A stretch of DNA of 64,000 nucleotides from Macrostomum hystrix. Taxonomy: Eukaryota; Animalia; Platyhelminthes. Both the position numbers and the translations under genes were made by a program. The DNA is taken from assembly GCA_950097015.1 (NCBI GenBank), contig CATNEN010000001.1, positions 992,001 through 1,056,000 on the forward strand, given 5' to 3'. Below, in pieces: positions 37,008-48,549 of the stretch. Below the pieces are notes generated by a model. It saw only the letters and a list, made by a program, of their open reading frames with translations, was not told the DNA's origin and did no database searches. The stretch's first letter is position 1; each line of letters opens with the position of its first letter.

Positions 37008-37475
37008 ATTTAAAAAAAATGGGCAACATTATACTAGAAATGAAAAAATATTTTTACTAGGAATCTGTTTTTTTATATTGGAATCCACACTTTTTGTGTG
37101 GATCCCCATTATTATTAATGTTTACTTACTACTGCAATATTACTTATAGTAGGGCCGATTGCACCTGAAGTAGTAAAGTATACTGCGAAAGTAATTGAAT
37201 TAACATGGCTAGTCTATATACTTGTAATGGTTTTTTCGCGAAATAGCCATAGAAATTTCATCTATTAGTATTTGCGAATTGGGGATTGCAATACACACGA
37301 GTGAATTTTCGCGAAAAAAAAGTTTTGTCTGTAGTCAAACCTAGAACTACAGTTGAGTACAGTCGCAAAAGTGAGCTATGTAAGACTGAGCGCGCTTAAC
37401 ATCTACTTTGTGACCGACTGACTGACCGACCGAGTAATTACGAGTTAATTCCTACGCCTCGACTTGAATTTTGAA

Positions 37476-40191
37476 ATGTCAGCATTTCGTGGCCGTGGAA
37501 AGAAGGCTCGTGTGGATGCCAGCATTGCTACACCGGATGCTAATGGTCTACGCCAGACTATGATCGTGGATTACTTTAGATCTCAGCAGTCAACCGATCG
37601 TCCTACTGGCGCAGCATCTAGACCGAGTGTGCAAGCATCATCGGCATCATTTACAGCAATGGCAGGAACGGCTGGTCGGGCATCGGCTGCCTTCACTGTT
37701 CCCCGCCTTGCAGTAATACAGCAGCAGCAGCAGTCGAAACAGCAGCAGCAGCAGCAGCAGCCGAAGCAGCAGCAGCCGAAGCAGACTGTCCCATCGAGTG
37801 CAATTCGGAAGCGTCGATATGCCCGATCGACTCTACGCAAGCGGACGCGTACAGTTGTCGATTTGGATGCTTCGTCTAGCAATTCATCGTCGTCTGATGC
37901 TGAAGACACTGGCGTTGGATCTCTAGTAGCCATGCGACAGCCTCTGGTTATTGTTGCCCAACCAATTTGTGGCGCCGGCGACCATGCTGATCGCATAGAG
38001 TCCACGCCTAAAGTGCTATCATCTGAAGATGACTCAGCGGACGACTTGCTAGCAGACGACGTACAGCTGGAGATTGTGGACGAGTGGACGAGCAATACAG
38101 ACAATGTAGAGTCTAATACTGCCCCTGTTTTGACGGCCTCTAATAGTTCAGCCTTGTCATCGCAGCTAGTCGATGATAAGTACAAAACAGAGGTGGCAGA
38201 ATTATTGCGCGTTAATGGCGAGTCGACTATTCCTAAAAATAGTGCCGCACTTGGTGCCTGTCCGACTTCGCCAGATTATGCGCCTCGCTCTACACCGGCA
38301 ATGTCTGTCATCGAGAATGGGACAACATCCGATGCTGATGAACCAGTTCGCGCTGTATTCTCTCCAGCGTATGTCGACGCTTCTCAACCAAAAGCGCAAC
38401 AGTCGGGACGACTGCAGCAATCGCAGCAGCAGCAGCAGCATCAACAGCGAGAGCAACAACCGCAGCAACAGCCGCAGCAGCAGCAGTGGCGGCAGCCGCT
38501 GCGGCAGCAGATACAAGGGCGTGAACGGCAGCAGCAAGAAGTTGGTGGCGTGGCATTTGCTCCGATAGCCGATGAATATGCGTTGTGTCGTTCGACATCA
38601 CCACTTCTACGGCTATGTCCTCGAGCTCCAATTACCGACTACGCCTCTTTAACAGCAGAGGGCAGGTCGGTTCTTATGACTAGAAGGACGCTACATCTTA
38701 TAGAGATTGCATTCATCTCGAGCGATGTGGAAAAATTCAAGGCGTTTCTAGAAGATGAATTGGTAGCTCCATGTGCACAGTTTGCCATCGGCGCAACATC
38801 ATGTATTCAGGTTGACATGCTGACCAGCGAAGAAATCCGAGCGCGTCGTCAGCAGAAATACAACATGTCAATCCGTGAATGTTTAGGAGCTCCGAATCAT
38901 CCCAATGGTTTGCTGATGTTCCTGAACCTGCGCCAACCAGAAGATGGTTACACTGTTTACTGCGGACTGCATGCCCTTTTGATGGAATCTGCGGAAGCTT
39001 CGGCCTACCTGCATCCTACAATGAGTAGAATGACAGTGTCTGGTGTACGCAGTGCGTCAAGTGCAATTAAGCTAGTTACCAGTACGGACGAGTTTCCAGC
39101 TCTTTTCCGCGTTTCTACTCAAGAGTGCAGCTTGCTGACCAAGGCCTTTTGCTGGGTTGCTGCTCATGAGACGTCATCTACTGAGCCTTTGTTAGACAGT
39201 GGCTTCATGTTCGAACACTTTCGTGTCAGACAAGAGCTCAGCGATTACTTTAAGGTGACTCAGATGAAACGCGTAATAGCAACAGAGGTGCTAGCTGGTT
39301 GCCAAAACTGTCGCCCTACTGCCGCTGCCGCCGCCGCCGCTGCTGATGATGCTGCAACAGCCGACTATGCGAGGACGACCTTGCCTACTCAGCTGGAGGT
39401 ATGCAAAATATTATAATACATGACATTTTTAAGCACACGTACGAGTATTGATCATTGAATTTTTGCTGTTGTTTTAATTCAAATAATTATTACTTTTGGA
39501 CAATTAATTAATTAATTGTATGCGAACCTACCTAACAACACAACAGGTCTCTGCTGCTGCTGCTGATGTTGCTGCTTCCGCTGCTACTGCTGTTCAAGTA
39601 TTTGATGCCGCCGTCGCTCATGTTCCCCGGTTGATCGCCGCCGCCACCAACGTGTGCCCAACTGTAAAGGCTGTGTGCAGCGCGTTGCAATTGCCAACTG
39701 GTGTCGTCTATCTATACGGCCCGTCTGGCGTTGGGAAGACCCACTCTGTGCAAAGCCATCTCGGTTCTACGAAAGTGCTGAATATCCAGGTGCAGAAGCG
39801 GTCTAACACGTTTATGTTTGACAAGCTCTGCGAGACTATACACACTGCCATGTTTATTGACGAGCTACGCCCGCAACTGTTTGATGACACATCTGAAGTC
39901 ATGTGCACACTACTTCGTTTGGTCAATGGAGACACTTTTGAAGTCAATGCTAAATACAAGGCTATTCGACACGTCTCTTGGCTCAATCGACTGTTAGTGC
40001 TTGCTGGGCATGCTCCGGTCAGTGCGTATTCGATGGACTTTCAGCGCCGATTAGAACCGACACCTGATGGGCACAAGCGTCCGGTAGTTGCCATCTTCAT
40101 TGGTCATTCCCTCAGTGCCGACTACCAATGCGATGGACAATGCCACCCAATACGCAATGTGTTTGGCGATCACCCGGACCGGCGAGTATGA
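37476..40191 (+). CDS. Rep-A: PIP box, Q-rich disordered N-terminus, degenerate HUH-like domain, SF3 helicase (exons 37476-39398, 39547-40191; ~855 aa)
   Basis: In-frame phase-0 intron with CCTAAC branch point; GPSGVGKT, MFIDE, LLRLVNG..FEVNAKYK, QRRL. Confidence 0.8.
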
Positions 40192-40577
40192 GCGACAAGA
40201 CGGTGCTGTTAGCAGGTTTTTTTTACACCAAACTGCCTGCATGCTGCTATTTTATCGACTATATTTTTACTCGGTCCTTCAGTCAGTCTTTCAGCTGTTT
40301 TTTTTAATATTTTTTACTGTTTCATACTGTTTTTGTATGCAATTTTATTATTAGTCATACAAATAAAATCAATTTATATGCTCAGTTTTGAGCTTTTATT
40401 GTTGTGAAGTAGGTAATTGCTACTTCTGTTGCAAAAAAATCATATTTCTTATTACTATATATAGTATTACGCATTCAAACGAAGGTATATGCAAAGTGTC
40501 AAATTATTAATTAATAAAATTCATTTACAGGTGTTATCGCGAAAATAAAATAACGACTTTTATCCGAAAGTAAATAG

Positions 40578-42055
40578 AGGTATTTTTGCAAAAGTTATTA
40601 AAGTAGTGTGAATGGCTACATCTTAAGGTATTTTCGCGAAAAGACTGCTATCCTATTAAACGCAGGTAGTAAAGGTAGTTTGCGGCTGTGACCTGGAAAA
40701 GTTATTAAAGTAGTGTGCATGGCTACATCTTAAGGTATTTTCGCGAAAAGACTGCTATGCTATTAAACAAAGGTAGTTGGCGGTATTTTTGCAAAAGTTA
40801 TTAAAGTAGGTTATATGCGTGGCTATATGTTAAGGTATTTTCGCGAAAATACTGCTATGCTATTAAACGCAGGTAGTAAAGATAGTTTGCGGTATTTTTG
40901 CAAAAGTTATTAAAGTAGTGTGCATGGCTACATCTTAAGGTATTTTCGCGAAAATACTGCTATGCTATTAAACAAAGGTAGTTGGCGGTATTTTTGCATA
41001 AGTTATTAAATTAGGTTATATGCGTGGTTATATCTTAAGGTATTTTCGCGAAAATACTGCTATGCTATTAAACAAAGGTAGTTGGCGGTATTTTTGCAAA
41101 AGTTATTAATGTAGGTTATATGCGTGGCTATATCTTATGGTATTTTCGCGAAAAGACTGCTATGCTATTAAACAAAGGTAGTTGGCGGTATTTTTGCAAA
41201 AGTTATTAAAGTAGGTTATATGCGTGGCTATATCTTAAGGTATTTTCGCGAAAATACTGCTATGCTATTAAACAAAGGTAGTTGGCGGTATTTTTGCAAA
41301 AGTTATTAAAGTAGGTTATATGCGTGGCTATATCTTATGGTATTTTCGCGAAAATACTGCTATGCTATTAAACAAAGGTAGTTGGCGGTATTTTTGCAAA
41401 AGTTCTTGAAGTTGTGTGCGTGGCTATATCTTAAGGTATTTTCGCGAAAATACTGCTATGCTATTAAACAAAGGTAGTTGGCGGTATTTTTGCAAAAGTT
41501 ATTAATGTAGGTTATATGCGTGGCTATATCTTATGGTATTTTCGCGAGAAGACTGCTATGCTATTAAACAAAGGTAGTTGGCGGTATTTTTGCAAAAGTT
41601 ATTAAAGTAGGTTATATGCGTGGCTATATCTTATGGTATTTTCGCGAGAAGACTGCTATGCTATTAAACAAAGGTAGTTGGCGGTATTTTTGCAAAAGTT
41701 ATTAAAGTAGGTTATATGCGTGGCTATATCTTAAGGTATTTTCGCGAAAATACTGCTATGCTATTAAACAAAGGTAGTTGGCGGTATTTTTGCAAAAGTT
41801 ATTAAAGTAGGTTATATGCGTGGCTATATCTTAAGGTATTTTCGCGAAAATACTGCTATGCTATTAAACAAAGGTAGTTGGCGGTATTTTTGCAAAAGTT
41901 ATTAAAGTAGGTTATATGCGTGGCTATATCTTAAGGTATTTTCGCGAAAATACTGCTATGCTATTAAACAAAGGTAGTTGGCGGTATTTTTGCAAAAGTT
42001 ATTAAAGTAGGTTATATGCGTGGCTATATCTTAAGGTATTTTCGCGAAAATACAT
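40578..42055. repeat. ~100-bp tandem array, about 15 units with palindromic cores
   Basis: Period 100 (TATGCTATTA at 41161 and 41261); cores GTATTTTCGCGAAAATAC and TTTTGCAAAA. Confidence 0.95.
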
Positions 42056-42496
42056 GCATATTATTAGACTAAGTATATTGTACATTTTTAACCATAGACA
42101 TATTTAGTATTTCTGCACATTGCCAAGAGTCATGAGTGCATTTTTTTCGCGAAAAGACTATATATTATCTATATATTGTATTGAATACCTGTGAATGAAA
42201 AATAATGACAGTTTTTTTGCAAAAATACTAACGATACGATGGTGAGCATATTTTTGCGAAAGAACATGTTCTAAAACAAATACAAACTGCGAAATTGCTT
42301 TGAGTACTAACATACAAACAATAATGCTTAACATAGTGCTGATGATTGTTGGTGATGGTATTTTCGCGAAAAGATTAGTGTATTTTCAATCATTTACAAC
42401 ACAACACATATGTAGATATCAAATAGTATTGATAATCAGAAGCTTTATAAAATCACTGTAATTAATCATAGTGAATGTATTTTTTATAATATCATT

Positions 42497-43268
42497 TCAA
42501 ACTTGTGCCTCCTCAATTGCAATCGCTACTGCTGCTGACGCTTCCGCCTCTTCAGCTGCGGCATACAATAGGCAGTCGTCAGCTGGGTCAAATGTACAGC
42601 TACTGGCTGTCATCGCTGCTGCTGACGCCTCTGCCTCTTCAGCTGCGGCATACAATAGGCAGTCGTCAGCTGGGTCAAATAAACAGCTACTGGCTGCCAT
42701 CGCTGCCGCTGCTGCTGACGCCTCCGCCTCTTCAGCTGCGGCATACAAAAGCTCGTCATCAGCTGGGTCAAATAAGCAGCTACTGGCTGCCATCGCTGCC
42801 GCTGCTGCTGACGCCTCTGCCTCTTCAGCTGCGGCATACAATAGGCAGTCGTCAGCTGGGTCAAATAAGCAGCTACTGGCTGCCATCGCTGCCGCTGCTG
42901 CTGACGCCTCCGCCTCTTCTGCTGCGGCATACAAAAGCTCGTCATCAGCTGGGTCAAATAAGCAGCTACTGGCTGCCATCGCTGCCGCTGCTGCTGACGC
43001 CTCTGCCTCTTCAGCTGCGGCATATAAAAGCTCGTCGTCAGCTGAGTCTAAGCAATTGGCTGCCATCGCCGCTTCGACCTCTTCAGCTACGGCGTATAAC
43101 AAATGGTCGTCTGCCAGGCCGAATACAAAACTGTATGTTGAATTGTATGTTTCATCATACCCGTAGTCATCATAGCCTGGCTCTTCATTCAGCTCAACGT
43201 CATCGTCGTGACAGTTGGATTTTTCCGCATCGTTTAGAGTTGGCCCTGATGATGATGTTGATGTAGGC
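42497..43268 (-). CDS. Acidic 31-aa-repeat protein, longer allele
   Basis: Same ORF as 4622-5275 with more repeats and a different final segment; frame preserved. Confidence 0.6.
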
Positions 43269-43504
43269 ATGGCGAGACAATGGGGGCAGTATTTAAATGT
43301 TGAACTTGTTTTATTTACTTCATTAATTGTCCAAAGTTTCAACTGCATTGATTACATATTCCCAATCACATAAGATTATCAGCAAGCTTGTTACCATAGA
43401 CTAGCAATAGGGTTTTTAGTTGGTTACTTTACTAAGGTAAGTGGCGTAACTTATTTACACATTTTAGATTCTTAATTATTGTTTCAAATAAAAAAACCTA
43501 CAAC

Positions 43505-43963
43505 ATGTCATCCCTGGGTGGGCGGCACAATGGCGGAGATCGAGATCGAGATATCGACAGAGAGGAACACAACTCTGGCAACGACAAACCGATCTCGTGC
43601 CATACCGTCAGTAGCAGCACGGATGTCGTGATTGGCACTGAGCGGCGTCGACGAAGGCACAGCTCGGATAGTAGTTCAGACTCGGATTTTGCTATTCTGC
43701 CTTCACGTCAACGTGTTCAGTACGTATTGCATCGTCCAGGTGTCGTGCGCATTTACAATCAGAGATTTGGAATTGTGAACGCCAATCCGACACGTGATTT
43801 AGCCGGCCAATTGCAACTGCCGCAGCATGCGCAAGTGACCGATATACAGTCACCAGTTATAAGCAGCAGCAGCAGCAACAGTAACAATGGCGGCACTGGC
43901 ACTGAAAGAGAGCGCGGCGATGCCAATCGTGCTGCTAATAACCCAGATTTGAATGACATGTAG
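43505..43963 (+). CDS. ORF E, 152-aa low-complexity protein with a basic RRRRR patch
   Basis: ATG-initiated ORF; frame conserved in copy 1 despite a 3-nt indel. Confidence 0.45.
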   Translation: MSSLGGRHNGGDRDRDIDREEHNSGNDKPISCHTVSSSTDVVIGTERRRRRHSSDSSSDSDFAILPSRQRVQYVLHRPGVVRIYNQRFGIVNANPTRDLAGQLQLPQHAQVTDIQSPVISSSSSNSNNGGTGTERERGDANRAANNPDLNDM

Positions 43964-44473
43964 CAATTCTTTTGTTATGCACTGTTGCCATTACTTATAA
44001 TGAAATTAATTAACTGATTAATGTAATTAAAAGTTGGTATTTGATTAACACATCTAAGTATTCAAAGTCGACAGTTTATGATGCCTGCAAATGTTTTAAA
44101 CTACTTTTACATACACTAGCTCTCGTTCACCTTCACGTGGTATATTCAAAGCATAAGAGTTTGCCGTCACTATTGACAATATATTGTCGCGTTTACCATT
44201 AATCATAATCAGATGACTGATGAGATCAGTCAGTAATAAAATATTAATACGCGAACACAGATGTGTGCAGGTAGTCAACCGGTAATTATTAATACGGTTT
44301 TTATTAAATTTCACCAATACATATAGAGTATAAATATATATAGAATTTCATTGGTTGAACAAATAATCGTGCCATTCTACAATTAGTCTGATTTGCAAAG
44401 TCGCGAGAGCAAAAATAAACGTGTAAACTATAATACATAAAATTCTGCATATAAATTCTGTATTTTACAGCAT

Positions 44474-44854
44474 TCATTGTTCGATGTACCAGTAGCGAAC
44501 TCCATGTATGATGAGCTGGAGTTCAGCTTGGGCTTCCTCTAAAAGCTCTAGCACTTCGATGATGTCTTGTGCTTCATCGTCTCTTACACCAGTCACGGAC
44601 AAGACAGCCTGATAGTCTTCTGCTGACCGGTGCTGTTGCAGCCATTGTTGAGTGCGCCGTAATAATAAACATAACTCATTAGCGCTATACTCAGCATTTG
44701 GAACACCGCGTTGCAAACTAGGTAGCTGCTCGAAGCACCCTCGATGCGCTATGAACCGGCCAATGCAATCTATGCGACAGCTGAGAAAGAGTTGAAATAC
44801 GCGCGGCTGAAGATACATTTGTACTAACTGCATCTGATCGGCAATTAACGACAT
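44474..44854 (-). CDS. ORF C family (126 aa)
   Basis: See 6480-6860. Confidence 0.75.
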   Translation of the reverse strand: MSLIADQMQLVQMYLQPRVFQLFLSCRIDCIGRFIAHRGCFEQLPSLQRGVPNAEYSANELCLLLRRTQQWLQQHRSAEDYQAVLSVTGVRDDEAQDIIEVLELLEEAQAELQLIIHGVRYWYIEQ

Positions 44855-45095
44855 GTTCAGTCATTTAGTAAATCAAGTAAAGCAAAAAATAGTTTTGTTA
44901 AAAAAAATTCTAAACTTTAATCAAAGCCCCCATAGAGTATATTTTATCAAGCACAGGCGAGTCAGTCCACAGACAAATCAAATGAATACAGGCCAGTCAG
45001 GGTATTAAGAACTAGAAATATTTCTCGGCCAATAAATCAGCCCACAACCAAGCACTTCGCAAGCGTGTTAAACCATTGTCAACTTTCAACTTTCA

Positions 45096-45464
45096 ATGTC
45101 AACTTTCCCATTGTTCCCGGCGCCGTTCCGGCAATTCGTCCTGGCTTCCGCCGCCGCCGCACTAGAGAAGGCGATGGAAGAGGCGATGGAGGCGGCCATG
45201 AAGGTGGCGGCGGCGGAGGCTTGGACGCCGGAACGGCGCCGGGCGGATGCCGAGATGGCTGCCGCTATGCGGCGGGTCCGGGCGGCCATGGTCCGCATGG
45301 CCCGGGCCCGCCGCATAGCGGCAGGGCTGGATCCATATGTAAGTAGTAGATTTCGATTCCTTTCATTTGAATATTTATGAACACATCTGCATGGTAACAT
45401 CTGAGCTAACAAACTAAATGAAACCTAAAACCCATCTTTCATCCCGCAGCCGGGTGTCCTATGA
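45096..45464 (+). CDS. ORF D family (exons 45096-45338, 45450-45464)
   Basis: GTAAGT donor, conserved intron, PGVL* last exon. Confidence 0.7.
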
Positions 45465-46801
45465 TCACAGGACCGAAGGACCAGCTAGAGGACCGAACTT
45501 CGAAGGACTTGAATAGTTGAGACTTGAGACTTGATGACTTGAATAAATCCGAATGTTCATTGTTCCGAATTAGAATAAACCCGAATTATCTGTCATATGT
45601 GTCATTATCTGTCTGCTTGATTAAATATGAAGTAATTAATTGATTAAAATGCTTAATACGTCTTACTGTTTTTTTCTTAGCTAGGATTTCGTTTATTATA
45701 TGAAATTGTAGGCGTGCGATAATATAACTATTATCGTACATTATTCAGCCATATAAGTTAGTTAGATAAGTTTGATAAGTTTGGAAAAGTAAAGTACAAA
45801 CGAATAATAAATTAGTATATATATAAGATATTACAAGGTGCACTATTAAAACGTGCAGACTATAGGTATGTAGTGCAATAAATTGTGCGTATTTTAACAT
45901 AGACATATCTGCTTGGTACAGCTCGATTTTTCGCTATTTTTTTGTTCTTCGCATCCAAAATTTTCTTTTGAAAATACAGTCAGATTTTTTTGGCCATAGA
46001 CACAAAAACGACTGCACTTGTATGCAGTATTTTTGCAAATGTTCTTTAAATAGCGTGGCTATATCTTATGGTATTTTCGCGAATGCAGATACGTATTCTC
46101 AGACTAAGTGGCTGTGGAGTAATTTTGAGCATTACTAAAATTATTATTACTTATTTGAAAGGAGTTCAAGCTGGCTAATGCACACATTGCCCTCAGGCCG
46201 CACGTTAGCCAGTTGAAATCGAAGCAGCTTCCTTTGAAGACCGCCGCGATCTGCACCCGGTCATCCATTTTAAAATATAAATAAATAATAAACAAAAATA
46301 ATTTAGTGTTTGTAATTTGTTTAATTGTTAATAGTACACAACTTCTTATCTTGTTCATTTTATCATTAAAATAATATGAACTCACTGGCGGTGTTATATG
46401 CGATGTACATTGGCGCTGAGATTTATTACAAGACCGACGTAATCGTAATCGATCAGTCTGTGATATTATATTTGTATTTATATTGCGCAAAACCTGAGAA
46501 TAATGAAGTGGACTTAAATCTAAAATTTATGTTATTCAATTCGTCTGTTATTATAAAATTGATATAATCAAATCGCGTAAAAGTTTATATTTTTTATTTT
46601 TTTATTACATCAACGTATATTAAATCAGGCGAATAAATCAAGTTCAGTCTTAATTATACCATAATAAGTGGTAACTTAAGTGAGTCATTATAAATGAGTC
46701 AGTCGATTATTGCAGCAAGCCAGCCAGCCAGCCAAGCAGCCAGTAGACGGTCAAAGCAGCCCAATCTGAGTTGCACGCAGAGCCAATTGAATTGAATGAA
46801 A

Positions 46802-48349
46802 TCAATTGCCGCACAGACATTGTCGCGTCTTGATCAATCGGCCGTGTCTTGACACTGTCGTAGTCAATATATTGTGTGTGCATATACAATACGAGCGTCT
46901 AGATGCATGCAAAGCATCAGTCGCAGGTATAGTCGATTGCGATGACTGCACATCACTTATTGACATTGCAACATCGTCGTCAAGGTCGGCGGTCAGAACC
47001 AATTCTGCTGCGGCATCGGCATCTCCTTGCGGCACTGTCACATCAGATAACTGTTCATCCGAATCGTTGTTGACATCAGCAATGATGATCTCCATTGCGA
47101 CATCAAACATATCATCGATGTGACTTGCTTCGGAATGGGCAGCGAAATCCGATCGAGCAGCAGCAGCAACAACACAATCCGTATTGGTAGACGGAACTTG
47201 CATAGCGACAGGTTGCATCAAGTCGAGCAGAATCTGCGCCATTTCAATGTCGTCATCGTGACCGGATTGTGTGCTGACGCTGTTTTGTGCACTGACACCA
47301 ACTGTCGCTGTTGTTACTTTTGGCGCACAGACAGGAATAAAAACAGGTAGCGGCACCGGAACGAAATACGGCACCTCGACAGTTGGAACCGGCAACATAG
47401 GCATCGCTGGTGATCCGATTGGCTCGACTTGCAACATTGGCATTGATGGCGATGGTACTGACGAGTGATCCGATTGGATTGTTTCTGCTGCTGCTTCAAT
47501 CGCATTGTGATTAAGCGGAGTAGATGTACAAATTGGATGCCGTACTGATCCAATTGACACGCTGTCCGCTTGGCTCACATGTTCAGCAGGCTCGTCATAT
47601 CTTGTTGCATAGATGGTGCCCGATTCATCTTCCATGATGATAGTTTCTGCTGCTGGCTGCTCTGCTGCTGGATGCTCTGCTACGGGCTGCTCTGCTACTG
47701 GCTGCTCTGCTGCTGGCTGCTCTGCTGCTGGCTGCTCTGCTGCTGGCTGCTCTGCTGCTGGATGCTCTGCTACGGGCTGCTCTGCTACTGGCTGCTCTGC
47801 TGCTGGCTGCTCTGCTGCTGGCTGCTCTGCTGCTGGCTGCTCTGCTGCTGGCTGCTCTGCTGCTGGCTGCTCTGCTGCTGGCAGTCGACGGGCAATGTAG
47901 CGCTCGTGCATATAGTCGACAATCTCGCCGACCACAGCTGGTAGTGGATCCAGTTGTTCAAGCTGGACCACTTCGCCCATTGCCGCTACTCCCGCCACTG
48001 CCACTGGCTGAGCTGGTTGGCCACCGACGCGACGCTGCGGATTCCGCTTACATCTATATAGATGATGCAACATGTTGGACGTTATTTTGTTGCAATGCGG
48101 ACACGCTAGCACACGTCCACCGGCAGCGACATCCACACCAGCCCGCTGTAGTTGCAGCATCTTCCAGACGGCACTTCCACGCTCCTTAACCGACGCGAAT
48201 AGCGATGGCCTTTGACCAACAGGTAGGACTGTCCAGTCAAATTCGGCATGGACAGCTTTATGCGCCTCTATAAAATGTCTTCGCATCATATTGGCGCGGA
48301 TTTGCTGGCCGCAGAAATGGCAGAAGCGGAGTCCGTTGTTGTCTTCCAT
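46802..48349 (-). CDS. ZF-A: zinc-finger protein paralogous to the recombinase N-terminus (515 aa)
   Basis: CxxC-x11-HxxxxH and CPHC motifs shared with YR-A/YR-B; EQPAA repeats; PYFVPVPLPVFIPV; SRHGR tail. Confidence 0.75.
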   Translation of the reverse strand: MEDNNGLRFCHFCGQQIRANMMRRHFIEAHKAVHAEFDWTVLPVGQRPSLFASVKERGSAVWKMLQLQRAGVDVAAGGRVLACPHCNKITSNMLHHLYRCKRNPQRRVGGQPAQPVAVAGVAAMGEVVQLEQLDPLPAVVGEIVDYMHERYIARRLPAAEQPAAEQPAAEQPAAEQPAAEQPAAEQPVAEQPVAEHPAAEQPAAEQPAAEQPAAEQPVAEQPVAEHPAAEQPAAETIIMEDESGTIYATRYDEPAEHVSQADSVSIGSVRHPICTSTPLNHNAIEAAAETIQSDHSSVPSPSMPMLQVEPIGSPAMPMLPVPTVEVPYFVPVPLPVFIPVCAPKVTTATVGVSAQNSVSTQSGHDDDIEMAQILLDLMQPVAMQVPSTNTDCVVAAAARSDFAAHSEASHIDDMFDVAMEIIIADVNNDSDEQLSDVTVPQGDADAAAELVLTADLDDDVAMSISDVQSSQSTIPATDALHASRRSYCICTHNILTTTVSRHGRLIKTRQCLCGN

Positions 48350-48549
48350 TGCAGCTTAAATATAGTCGTTCGCTGGCTAGCCTGCTGAATAATCGACAGA
48401 GTGTTCGTTGTGGCTGAATTTTAATTATCGATTTGCGTGCGCGCGCGCATATATTTACCTTGCACTGCTCATATCCTGTACAGAGCAGCAGTCAGACACA
48501 TAGACATAGACAGGCATCGTCAACTGGGTCTAAGCTATTTCCATATATA

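Noticed and set aside
40578-42055. CRISPR array
   Set aside because: Units are repeated in full with no unique spacers, there are no cas genes, and the context is eukaryotic; the same applies to 17703-18007
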